NCBI GenBank assembly: GCA_963834935.1
Contig: CAWIDS010000003.1
Location: 37,999-101,998 of the forward strand
Direction of reading: 5' to 3'
DNA from: Candidatus Nomurabacteria bacterium
GTDB taxonomy: Bacteria > Patescibacteriota > Minisyncoccia > Phycocordibacterales > CALRBL01
Length of the DNA: 64,000 nucleotides
The translations under genes were made by a program, and so were the position numbers. The notes beneath the pieces were generated by a model. That model worked only from the letters and a program-made list of their open reading frames with translations, had not been told where the DNA came from and ran no database searches. Below, piece after piece: positions 30,005 through 38,398 of the stretch. Every line of letters starts with the position of its first letter. Position 1 is the first letter of the stretch.

Positions 30005-30142
30005 ATGATCAATAAAATCTGGCATAAGCTTGTCAATCTCTTTTGTGTGATTTTTGTCCTTTTAGTGGTCTTCGTGTGGAACATGTGCATATCCGCCGCG
30101 AAGAAATTGAGGCGCCAAAAGAGGAATAAACATCCGAAATGA
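30005..30142 (+). CDS. Small hydrophobic membrane protein (45 aa, MINKIWHKLVNLFCVIFVLLVVFVWNMCISAAKKLRRQKRNKHPK)
   Basis: Strong Shine-Dalgarno site GAAGGAGG 5 nt upstream of the ATG; one transmembrane helix plus a basic tail; a hairpin and T-run follow. Not in the track because it is shorter than 60 aa. Confidence 0.5.
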   Translation: MINKIWHKLVNLFCVIFVLLVVFVWNMCISAAKKLRRQKRNKHPK

Positions 30143-30508
30143 ATGCTCCGCTTGCGTGGGGCTTTTTTAATGATATGTTTATGAAGGAAAAGCATGCGCC
30201 GATAACGCCCTTCTGGTCTTGGGACGGCGCGACAACAAAACCAGCATCCGGCTGCCGACCCAATGAAAAAACGCCACTTCGCACAAAAAATGAAAATGCT
30301 TTGCTTTGGCATTAGAAGTAGGCTTTGGCGCCAAAAAGTCAAAGCGGGCATGAAGACACGATAAAACGCCTTTGTGCCGCCGGTCTGACAGAATCAGGTG
30401 ATTGAGAATAACAGTGCAAATGGCCATACAGTCGCCCAACGGCCAGCAGCCGACTCATGATGAAAAGGGCTGGAATACACTCCTGTCATAGGTGGAAATC
30501 CAACAATG

Positions 30509-30549
30509 GTCCCGCGACGGCTCACATGCCGCGCGGGACCTCTTTTATT
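30509..30549 (+). terminator. Strong rho-independent terminator
   Basis: ggtcccgcg-(14 nt loop)-cgcgggacc followed by tcttttatt. Confidence 0.6.
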
Positions 30550-30596
30550 GACACGTCTATTTAAAGGTATAAAGTTTCCAATCGGAGGAAAAAAAT

Positions 30597-31115
30597 ATGA
30601 ACCTATTAGAGAAATTAGGATTCGGCAGTGCTGCTGAAGTGCAGCGACTGCTTTCAGCTCGTTCCAGTACCAAAGAGAGCGTCCCCGTTCCCCAACAGAC
30701 GAAACCTGCAGTGGCGGCAGATCCGCCGAAAAGGAAAGGAAGGCCGCCGAAGGCGCGCCATGCTGAAAACGGACATGTTGAACCGGCTGCTTCGGAGGAA
30801 ACGCCTCCAGTGAAAAAGACTGTTCGGTCGCGAACGCCGAGGCCTGACCGCCAACAGCTCGGTGAGCGTCTCGGCAGAGAGGCCAAGGTTAATGAAGGAG
30901 ACCGCATCCGCGTGATCGTGGCTGGCCGAGGGCATATTCCGATCAGTAAAATGGAAGACCGGAAAGCGATCGCTTACCTTTCCGAGGGAACCTACTTGCT
31001 GCTTGCAGCCAAAGACGGCTATGGCAATATCTGGTTGATCAGTGAGAAAAGCCCTGAACGAAACTCGGTCGGCAGAAATGCCGCCCGGCCATCGCAAGAT
31101 GGCTTTTTTATTTGA
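30597..31115 (+). CDS. Hypothetical DNA-binding protein with an AT-hook (PKRKGRPPKA) in a disordered basic N-terminal half and a C-terminal AbrB/MazE-like swapped-hairpin-type domain
   Basis: GGAGG ribosome-binding site and a TTGACA -35 at 30548. The GRP AT-hook core is present. The C-terminal stretch RGHIPISKMEDRKAIAYLSEGTYLLLAAKDGYGNIWL resembles SpoVT/AbrB motifs; this is inference. Confidence 0.55.
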   Translation: MNLLEKLGFGSAAEVQRLLSARSSTKESVPVPQQTKPAVAADPPKRKGRPPKARHAENGHVEPAASEETPPVKKTVRSRTPRPDRQQLGERLGREAKVNEGDRIRVIVAGRGHIPISKMEDRKAIAYLSEGTYLLLAAKDGYGNIWLISEKSPERNSVGRNAARPSQDGFFI

Positions 31116-31146
31116 ATCATATATACTCGCTCGAAAGGAGCACATT

Positions 31147-31443
31147 ATGCCGACGACTGAAATAAAAAGAACCGTGGATTTCATCTGGGGAGACCAACGG
31201 CCTTCCCATTGCGGAAAGATTGGCTTTGCCATCGAATGCCAAGGCGGAGTACTGTATGCGTTTATCTTCTTCAACGGAGAAGAGCGCCACATCAGCAGCC
31301 ATTACGATGGCTCGAGCTGGCAAAAGGAAACCATCTCACGAGTTCTTGCGGGATACGAATCCCTCCAAACCGACTTTTCCAAAGAGAGGCGCAAGCTTCT
31401 CGAGGATCAGCTTGAACGAGCGAAAGAACACGCCCTCATCTGA
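31147..31443 (+). CDS. Hypothetical protein (98 aa), partner of the AT-hook protein
   Basis: AAAGGAG ribosome-binding site 7 nt upstream; begins 31 nt after the previous stop; a terminator follows. Confidence 0.5.
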   Translation: MPTTEIKRTVDFIWGDQRPSHCGKIGFAIECQGGVLYAFIFFNGEERHISSHYDGSSWQKETISRVLAGYESLQTDFSKERRKLLEDQLERAKEHALI

Positions 31444-31450
31444 GGGTTTT

Positions 31451-33172
31451 TTATTTGTCCCCTTCGACCTCGGCCTTCACGAAAATCCGAACCAGCTGCA
31501 CTTCGCGGTAACTCACTGCAGGGCTCAGCTTGAATTTCTTCTTGTTCTTCTCAAGGTAATCCTTCGCAGGTGCCAAGCGCCAGTCCTTGTTTTTTTCATA
31601 CATCATGGCAAGCGCTTCAGAAATCGGATCAAAGCGCTTTTTAGGAATGGTTTTGCGGAGATATTCGACTTCTCGCAGGACCGCAGCATCTTCTTCGACC
31701 AATTTTTCAATATGATCGATGACTGTCTGCTCGGTGATTCCCCTCTTTTTTGCGATTTCCTCGATAAGCAATTCTTCCTTGATGAGCTCGTGGGTGACTT
31801 CGAATGTCGAAGGCTTCGCTGCTTTCTTCGGCTTTGATGAAGTGATCGAGGCAAGATAGCTTTCCTGCGCAGACTGAAGCTTTCCTTTCTTTGCGTATTC
31901 CTTGAGCTGCTTGACTGCCGTCTCTGATTGAACCTTCAGCTCTTCATCGTGCTCCAGCACCTCGTCATTGACCTCAAGAGCGCTTTCATTCATGCCAAGT
32001 ATGGTAAGGCCTGCAAGAGTGCGCACTCTGGAAAGCGCCACATAGCCCATTCCCTTCTCGAAGGATTTAGAAAGATCCACTTCTACCGCATCGAGCGACA
32101 TTCCCTGGCTTTTATGAACCGTGATTGCCCATGCCAGCCGGAGCGGATACTGCTGAAGCTCGGCTTTGGCTTTTCCCTCTTCCTCGATGGTCCAGCTTGC
32201 TATCGGAACTTCAATGAACTCGCCGGTGCGCAGTATTTCAACCACTGGCCCTCCGGCATTGCCTTCGAGCTTTCGCACGATTCCGAGGGTTCCGTTGGCG
32301 AAGCCTATCTCGAAATCATTCTTGACGAACATCACGCGCGCACCCGCTTTCAATCGGAGCCTCTCGGGAGCGAGGCAGCTTTTTTTCAGGATCGATACCA
32401 GCATGTCGGAGCCGGAGGTATGCATGTCATAATTCATCGACTGGCCGTCGAGCACGTCGAGCTCATTCTCATTCACCTTGTCCACATCGATATTGTGGGT
32501 ATAAAGGCGCGTCGGCTGGATGCTCATTTCTTCTTCCTTCTTGTTGGCTTTGAAGCATTTCTTCAGATGATCCATCGTGGTTCCGCTTACCCTGTTTCCG
32601 CGGATGTCATTGAGGACGGTCAGCGCGTGGTCGTCCGTCTGTCGGTACTGCTCCTCCAGATAGCAGATCTTGAATCCGGCATTCTTCCATGATTCGGAAT
32701 GGTAGGCGAAATGCGCATCCTGCTCGCCCATCCGCGATACCGGCGGAAGCTGGAAGAAATCGCCGCAAAGGATCACCTGTATGCCGCCGAAAGGCTTGTC
32801 ATTCCTCTTGAAAGTGCGGACTATCTTCTCCACCAGATCAAGGCGGAAATGATGAAGCATGGATATCTCGTCGATGATGAGCACTTTCACGCGCTCCATG
32901 CGCTTCCAGAGATACGGCTTCTCGAGCATCGCCTCAAGGTCGTAGTCGCTGATGCTGTCACGCACGCCGAGGCCTGTCCAGGAATGGATAGTCACGCCTC
33001 CCATGTGCGTAGCAGCAATGCCCGTGGAGGCGGTAATTCCGACATCGACATCATGATGATTAAGGTAATCGATGTACTGATTCAAAAGATGAGTCTTACC
33101 CGAGCCTGCAGGCCCCGTAATATACGCATTGCAGCCGAGCTTGAGGATGTCGAGAGCTTCTTTTTGAGTCAT
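31451..33172 (-). CDS. Pif1-like/RecD-like superfamily 1B DNA helicase with a C-terminal helix-turn-helix-like extension
   Basis: Motifs GPAGSGKT, IIDEISML and ILCGDFFQLPPV, plus a C-terminal domain of about 120 aa (KKRGITEQTVIDHIEKLVEE). Start placed at the ATG (MTQKEALD). Confidence 0.8.
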   Translation of the reverse strand: MTQKEALDILKLGCNAYITGPAGSGKTHLLNQYIDYLNHHDVDVGITASTGIAATHMGGVTIHSWTGLGVRDSISDYDLEAMLEKPYLWKRMERVKVLIIDEISMLHHFRLDLVEKIVRTFKRNDKPFGGIQVILCGDFFQLPPVSRMGEQDAHFAYHSESWKNAGFKICYLEEQYRQTDDHALTVLNDIRGNRVSGTTMDHLKKCFKANKKEEEMSIQPTRLYTHNIDVDKVNENELDVLDGQSMNYDMHTSGSDMLVSILKKSCLAPERLRLKAGARVMFVKNDFEIGFANGTLGIVRKLEGNAGGPVVEILRTGEFIEVPIASWTIEEEGKAKAELQQYPLRLAWAITVHKSQGMSLDAVEVDLSKSFEKGMGYVALSRVRTLAGLTILGMNESALEVNDEVLEHDEELKVQSETAVKQLKEYAKKGKLQSAQESYLASITSSKPKKAAKPSTFEVTHELIKEELLIEEIAKKRGITEQTVIDHIEKLVEEDAAVLREVEYLRKTIPKKRFDPISEALAMMYEKNKDWRLAPAKDYLEKNKKKFKLSPAVSYREVQLVRIFVKAEVEGDK

Positions 33173-33203
33173 GTGGATTGAAGTATATGGTATAATCGCC
33201 TGT

Positions 33204-33557
33204 ATGAAAAATGCCGAAGAAATGGCACAAGAGGAATCAGGAATCCTCAACCACGAGATCACTCCCAAAGACCGCTTGCAGAAGCAGATGGTCCTTGCTG
33301 AGGAGCTCTATATCAGAAATCACCCTGATCAGACGGTAGATGTCGGGAATCATGATATGAGAAATGCGATCATGAACGAGTGGTCAAACATCGACGGAGA
33401 CATGAGCAAAAGCTTCTCTGCCTATTTCAGGGAACTTGAAAATGCCTTAATGGCAAGCCCCGGACACGCTGAACGCGGAAAGACTATTCTCGATATCACG
33501 CTCGACGACCTTATCGCTTTCAAAGAGACAGGAACTCTCCCTCCCGAGTGGCTTTAG
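33204..33557 (+). CDS. Hypothetical protein (117 aa), leaderless
   Basis: TGgTATAAT at 33188-33196 lies 7 nt upstream of the ATG (MKNAEEM). Confidence 0.5.
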   Translation: MKNAEEMAQEESGILNHEITPKDRLQKQMVLAEELYIRNHPDQTVDVGNHDMRNAIMNEWSNIDGDMSKSFSAYFRELENALMASPGHAERGKTILDITLDDLIAFKETGTLPPEWL

Positions 33558-33563
33558 TTAAAA

Positions 33564-34667
33564 TCAGAAAGAACTGGTTACCGGGCTTCCCAAGCCCGTC
33601 ACATAATCATAATGCTTCCGAGCGGTGCAGAAATATCCGCAAGCGCCGTTCGAACCGCTGGTGATGTCCCGGAAATAATTCTGCGGATTGTCACTTGCCT
33701 TGTCTGCATAAAGAATTGAGTCCCTGATAGGACCCATTGAGGCGATCGCTGCCCATTGAGGAGCGCCGGCGCTCGTTCCTCCGACGACATACCATTTTCC
33801 TCGATATATCGGATAGCCGGAATGCGGATCGGCATCGTACGAGACATCAGGTATTGCCCGCATACCGCCTGATTTGCTGATATTGAAACTGTCTTGATAC
33901 GTTCCAGCTTTTTCGAACTGGCTTATGCCGCCTCCGCTGCCGGCCCATGCCGTTTCAGACAGAAGATTTCCGGATGAAGAAAGCGCAAGGCTCGTGCCGC
34001 CGACAGCAATGACATTCGGCGAGGCTGCAGGCCAGCTTGCTCCTGCTCCTTGGTCTCCGGATGAAGCGAAGAATGCTATCGGATGCGCAGGATCAGGAGA
34101 AACGAAATGACTATCAAGGGATGTCTCGTCAGAAAACTCAGGACCGCCCCAGCTCATCGAGACTGAGACGACATCTTTCCTCTGGCGGGCATAATCGACG
34201 GCCTTGAGAAGATTTGGGCCGCTTTGCGTATCAGCTTCAACGAGCAGAATGTGCGCCTGAGGCGCGATGGCGTGAGCCCATTCGACATCCAGGCTCGTTT
34301 CCATCGCCCATCCCGGATCGCTTCTTACTTTTGCCGACATCTTATGCTTCTCGAAGCATCCGTTCGCTGCCGTGCAATCCACCAATCCAAAGGCCTTGTC
34401 GAAAACTGCCAAGTCCTTCTCTATGCTCGGCGCATCATATGCCCCGATAAGAGCGATAGTCCCCTTTCCTCCGGCTTTCGGCAAGTTGTAAATCTGCTTT
34501 ATCTGGTCGGGGCTGAGCCCTTGCGGAAGGGCTGATGTCTTTCCCCAGATGTGGATAGGCGACCTCGCCTTGAAATTGGCAAATCGGTACGCGGCATAGG
34601 CAGGATAGAAATAAAACATCGAGTAGCAGAGCAGCGAGATGATAAGTAGCAATAAATATTTTCTCAT
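33564..34667 (-). CDS. S53 (sedolisin/kumamolisin-like) serine peptidase, secreted
   Basis: Signal peptide; GTSAGAPQWAA serine motif of the S8/S53 fold. Start chosen at the ATG (MRKYLLLL). Confidence 0.7.
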   Translation of the reverse strand: MRKYLLLLIISLLCYSMFYFYPAYAAYRFANFKARSPIHIWGKTSALPQGLSPDQIKQIYNLPKAGGKGTIALIGAYDAPSIEKDLAVFDKAFGLVDCTAANGCFEKHKMSAKVRSDPGWAMETSLDVEWAHAIAPQAHILLVEADTQSGPNLLKAVDYARQRKDVVSVSMSWGGPEFSDETSLDSHFVSPDPAHPIAFFASSGDQGAGASWPAASPNVIAVGGTSLALSSSGNLLSETAWAGSGGGISQFEKAGTYQDSFNISKSGGMRAIPDVSYDADPHSGYPIYRGKWYVVGGTSAGAPQWAAIASMGPIRDSILYADKASDNPQNYFRDITSGSNGACGYFCTARKHYDYVTGLGSPVTSSF

Positions 34668-34773
34668 GCATGCATTGTGGCAAATTCCATTCAAGTGGTA
34701 GAAAAAATTTCCTCAATTATTTATCAAATAAAAAAGCTGCCGATTAAGGCAGCGTACAGCGCAAACTGGAATA

Positions 34774-35214
34774 TTACTCTTCTTGAACCGCGGCCGCGAT
34801 TTCAGCTGCGGCCTCCGAATCCGTCTCGGCTTGTCCCAGATTCGCGCTTGCAGTTGCAACGAGGAAATGGCGGATGATAAAGCGAGTCTCCCACAGGAAA
34901 TCCTGGTAAAGCGTCAGGCCGTTGCACGGGCAGCCGACTACAGCCGCGCTTCCGTCGATGTAGCCGAAAAAAACTTGGCTATCGTTTCCGATATACTTCC
35001 TCGGATTTTCCTGTTGCTTTGCAAGCAGACTGCGAAGCTCTCCCTCCTCCATATACTCGCCGTTAAGGTCGAAATGTACCCGGCCGCAAAGGTCGCAACC
35101 CCTTACCGGACCGCCGCCATCACAGACGGCATTTATGATTTCTTCATCAGGAGGGTTTGGGGAGAATATCGGAAGACTCCCTTTTTCAAAGGTCGGAAAC
35201 AATTTGTATCTCAT
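34774..35214 (-). CDS. Hypothetical Cys-rich protein (146 aa)
   Basis: CDGGGPVRGCDLCGRVHF and VGCPCNG suggest a possible zinc-binding module; unknown family. Confidence 0.5.
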   Translation of the reverse strand: MRYKLFPTFEKGSLPIFSPNPPDEEIINAVCDGGGPVRGCDLCGRVHFDLNGEYMEEGELRSLLAKQQENPRKYIGNDSQVFFGYIDGSAAVVGCPCNGLTLYQDFLWETRFIIRHFLVATASANLGQAETDSEAAAEIAAAVQEE

Positions 35215-35263
35215 ATTTAAGGTCCTATTTGCCCTAGACTATCGCATCTGCGATATTTATCAA

Positions 35264-36400
35264 CTATCCGAAAGTAAAGGTGAAAGCGTTGAGGCCGGCC
35301 GAAGGAATATCGAGCTCAAGCGTGTGAGTGCCTTCGGCGGAATCCTGGATGAGCGGATAGAGTCCAGAATTCTGTATGGTCACTTGGCCGGCAGGCACGC
35401 CATCCTTGATGATATTGACAGTGACTGGCTGATCAGATGAAGCGACGATATACACGTCTTTCGCATCATATTTGTAGACGATCTTGGCCGCTGATTTGGT
35501 AGTAGCGTATTCGCCTTGGAAATCCCATGTGCCGTCAAGATAGAACTTATTCATATCCATCGACTGAGGGAGCGTAAGCGTCTGAGTTCCTGTTTGCTGG
35601 GCATTGCCGTTGCCGAAATATTCGTTGCGTGCCGAACCGAAGTAGGTTTCAGGACTCTGAGTATCAATCGTATATGACTTAGAGACAAGGTTAGTTGGAA
35701 TGGTGTCATGTAAACCTAATCTCTGCTGCCTTTCCTGAAGGGCAGCCTGGATCTTTCGCTCGGTGACATCGTAATTGCCTTCACCGATCGAATTATCCAC
35801 GATGAAGCCGTCGATGTCGATGAGGTATTCCGAAGGCCAGAAGCGGTTCTGATAAGCATTCCAAGTGCCGAGGTCATTGTCCATCACCACCGGATAAGTG
35901 ATTCCGTACTGTGCCACTGCCCTTTTAACATTATCGATATTCTTTTCAAACTCGAATTCAGGAGAATGGACGCCGATGATTACGAGGCCGAGGTCCTTGT
36001 ATTTCTGGTACCATGAAGTGACGTATGGAAGAGTGCGCTGGCAATTAATGCAGCTGTAAGTCCAGAAATCCACAAGAATGACTTTCTTGCCGATGAGGCT
36101 CTTGATCGTAAAAGGATCAGTGTTTATGAAAGCAGAAGGATCAGTCAATTCCCGGGCGCGGTCATATTTCTGTGATTTTTCCTGAATGATAGTGGCAAGC
36201 GCCTGCTGACTTGTATTCGCAGCGGCTGACGTGGTCGCGGTACTTGTAGCTGAACCGAGACCGTTCACGTCAACCGGAATGATCGAATTCGAAAGATCTA
36301 CGGGAGCAGTCTGGACCTTTTTCGATTCAAGAAAAGCGATCAGGCCAACTATGACAATGACTGCAACGACAAGAGGGATGTGTTTTTTAAATTTATTCAT
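35264..36400 (-). CDS. TlpA/ResA-like thiol-disulfide oxidoreductase (thioredoxin fold) with a C-terminal extension of about 160 aa
   Basis: WTYSCINCQ CxxC motif and a membrane anchor; start at the ATG (MNKFKKH). Confidence 0.75.
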   Translation of the reverse strand: MNKFKKHIPLVVAVIVIVGLIAFLESKKVQTAPVDLSNSIIPVDVNGLGSATSTATTSAAANTSQQALATIIQEKSQKYDRARELTDPSAFINTDPFTIKSLIGKKVILVDFWTYSCINCQRTLPYVTSWYQKYKDLGLVIIGVHSPEFEFEKNIDNVKRAVAQYGITYPVVMDNDLGTWNAYQNRFWPSEYLIDIDGFIVDNSIGEGNYDVTERKIQAALQERQQRLGLHDTIPTNLVSKSYTIDTQSPETYFGSARNEYFGNGNAQQTGTQTLTLPQSMDMNKFYLDGTWDFQGEYATTKSAAKIVYKYDAKDVYIVASSDQPVTVNIIKDGVPAGQVTIQNSGLYPLIQDSAEGTHTLELDIPSAGLNAFTFTFG

Positions 36401-36401
36401 A

Positions 36402-37103
36402 TCATTTGTACAGGCTGGTAATCGATTGGAAATCACCAAGCAGCCTGATGTTGTCAGTGAACACCAAGATGCCGAGCAGGATCAGGAGATAGCCGAAAAT
36501 GCGATTGATGATGACGCTTGCCTTGCCGAAACGGTTGATGAAAGCGGTCGCTTCGGCGGTAAAAATGCCGACAAAGAGGAAAGGCACGCCAAGGCCGAGC
36601 GAATAAGCGAGCAGCAGGAAGAAAGCGGAAACAGGAGCTGAAGTAGCCAAAGCTAAGATACTTCCGAGAACCGCTCCGGCGCATGGCGTCCAACCCACCG
36701 CAAAAGCGATGCCGAAGACGAATGAGGTCAGATAACGCGAATTGAATTTCTTAGCTTTGACATTGTAGGTCTTTTCCATGAAGCCGATATGAAGGAAGCC
36801 TGCAAGGTAAAGCCCGAAGACGATGATGATGATGCCGCCGATGCGGGAGAGCCATGTCTGGACATCAGAGCCGACTGCCCGCAGGACAGTCTGAAGGAGG
36901 ACGCCGAGCAAGGCGAAGATGACCGAGAAACCAAGAACGAAAAAGACGCTGTTAATGAAGACTTCCCGCCTGTTTGCTCCTTTTTCACCTGTAGTAGCAC
37001 CGCCGAGATAGGCTAAAAAGCCTGGGATGATAGGAAGGACGCATGGAGCTAAAAAACTAATAATGCCGGAAAAAAATGCCGTTCCTAAATATATTACGTT
37101 CAT
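36402..37103 (-). CDS. ccdA: Cytochrome c-type biogenesis protein CcdA (DsbD transmembrane-domain family)
   Basis: Six transmembrane helices with conserved Cys in TM1 (FLAPCVLP) and TM4 (WTPCAG). Confidence 0.85.
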   Translation of the reverse strand: MNVIYLGTAFFSGIISFLAPCVLPIIPGFLAYLGGATTGEKGANRREVFINSVFFVLGFSVIFALLGVLLQTVLRAVGSDVQTWLSRIGGIIIIVFGLYLAGFLHIGFMEKTYNVKAKKFNSRYLTSFVFGIAFAVGWTPCAGAVLGSILALATSAPVSAFFLLLAYSLGLGVPFLFVGIFTAEATAFINRFGKASVIINRIFGYLLILLGILVFTDNIRLLGDFQSITSLYK

Positions 37104-37120
37104 AATGTTACAATTCTAAC

Positions 37121-38368
37121 ATGGATACCACAGAAATCTACAATACATATCTGGAATGTGAAGGAGTGTGTACTGACACTCGATCGATCAAGCCCGATTG
37201 CCTTTTTGTTGCCCTCAAAGGCGACCATTTCGACGGCAATGATTTTGCGCTTGAAGCGCTCGAAAAAGGAGCCAAATACGCCCTCGTCGATGATGCAAGA
37301 TTCGGTGGGAAGAAAAACAACAGGATCATCAAGGTGAAAGATTGCCTCGCCTCCCTTCAGGCACTTGCTCATCAGCACCGGAAGCAATTCGACATCCTGA
37401 TAATCGGAATCACTGGCAGTAATGGAAAGACTACCACCAAAGAACTGGTCTCGACCGTACTCAATGAAAAATACCGAGTCATAACGACTGAAGGAAACCT
37501 GAATAATCACATCGGGGTGCCGTTGACCCTGCTTCGCCTCACCAAGAATACGGAAATTGCCGTCATTGAGATGGGCGCGAATCATCTGAACGACATCAAG
37601 GATCTTTGTGAGATTGCCGAGCCGACGCATGGGATAATTACCAACATAGGAATGGCTCATCTTGAAGGTTTCGGTAGCAAGGAAGGCGTCGCGTTCGCCA
37701 AGAGCCAGCTGTATATCTGGGTGCGCGATCATGGCGGAACCATTTTCGTCAATGAGAAGGACAGGGATTTGAAGGAGCTGGCGCTAAAAGTGAATTATGA
37801 GAAATCAGTAAATATAGTCTGGTACGGGAATGAGGAAATTCCCGAGAACGACAGGCTTTTCGGCGAATTCAACAGAGAAAATGTCAGGGCTGCTTATGGA
37901 ATCGGCCTTTTCTTCAAGGTGCCCGTGCGGCAGATCAATCATACCCTCAAGACCTACGTGCCTAAAGACATGCGCGGCGAGAGAAAGGAAACCAAAAGAG
38001 GAAATGAGCTCATCCTTGATGCTTACAATGCCAATCCTTCGAGCATGAAGGCGGCAATCGAGGCCTTCAGTGAGATACGTACAGACAAGATGCGATACCT
38101 CATCCTTGGCGACATGAAAGAGCTCGGCCTTGAATCGGAAAAAGAGCACAAGAAGATCGTTGACCTGATCCGACTGCGGCGCTTCACGCATGTCATCCTT
38201 GTCGGCGAGGAATTCTCAAAGGCTGCCGCCAAAGAAAAAATATTCGTCCCATTCAAGACAACAGCTGAGTGCACTTCTTCATTCTTCATATCCAACATCA
38301 AACGTTCGCTGGTGCTGATCAAGGCAAGCAATAGCATGAAGCTATGGGAGCTTGCGGACAATCTTTGA
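37121..38368 (+). CDS. murF: UDP-N-acetylmuramoyl-tripeptide--D-alanyl-D-alanine ligase
   Basis: GITGSNGKTTT and DAYNANP motifs; leaderless, with TGtTACAAT at 37106-37114 lying 6 nt before the ATG. Confidence 0.85.
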   Translation: MDTTEIYNTYLECEGVCTDTRSIKPDCLFVALKGDHFDGNDFALEALEKGAKYALVDDARFGGKKNNRIIKVKDCLASLQALAHQHRKQFDILIIGITGSNGKTTTKELVSTVLNEKYRVITTEGNLNNHIGVPLTLLRLTKNTEIAVIEMGANHLNDIKDLCEIAEPTHGIITNIGMAHLEGFGSKEGVAFAKSQLYIWVRDHGGTIFVNEKDRDLKELALKVNYEKSVNIVWYGNEEIPENDRLFGEFNRENVRAAYGIGLFFKVPVRQINHTLKTYVPKDMRGERKETKRGNELILDAYNANPSSMKAAIEAFSEIRTDKMRYLILGDMKELGLESEKEHKKIVDLIRLRRFTHVILVGEEFSKAAAKEKIFVPFKTTAECTSSFFISNIKRSLVLIKASNSMKLWELADNL

Positions 38369-38398
38369 GATTGAAGCATTAAATGCTATTATTTTCTG

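Noticed and set aside
28351-30351. 666-aa ORF on the minus strand in the supplied track
   Set aside because: Only the C-terminal 360 aa, from the ATG at 29431-29433 (MKPLKHV), look like a real polytopic membrane protein. The N-terminal about 300 aa (MPALTFWRQSLLL... rich in R/C/W) is stop-free read-through across the gene-poor region, which holds plus-strand promoters, small ORFs and terminators.
30170-30508. tmRNA, RNase P RNA, SRP RNA or 6S RNA in the non-coding stretch
   Set aside because: No tRNA-like 3' end (GGTTCGAnTCC...CCA), no P4 (AGGAAAGUCCGGGCUC) or CR-IV/V motifs, and no SRP domain IV GGAA-tetraloop helix were recognisable by eye. The region is still flagged as an ncRNA candidate of unknown class.
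31603-32692. Antisense ORFs within the Pif1-like helicase gene
   Set aside because: They overlap a well-conserved helicase coding sequence on the other strand.
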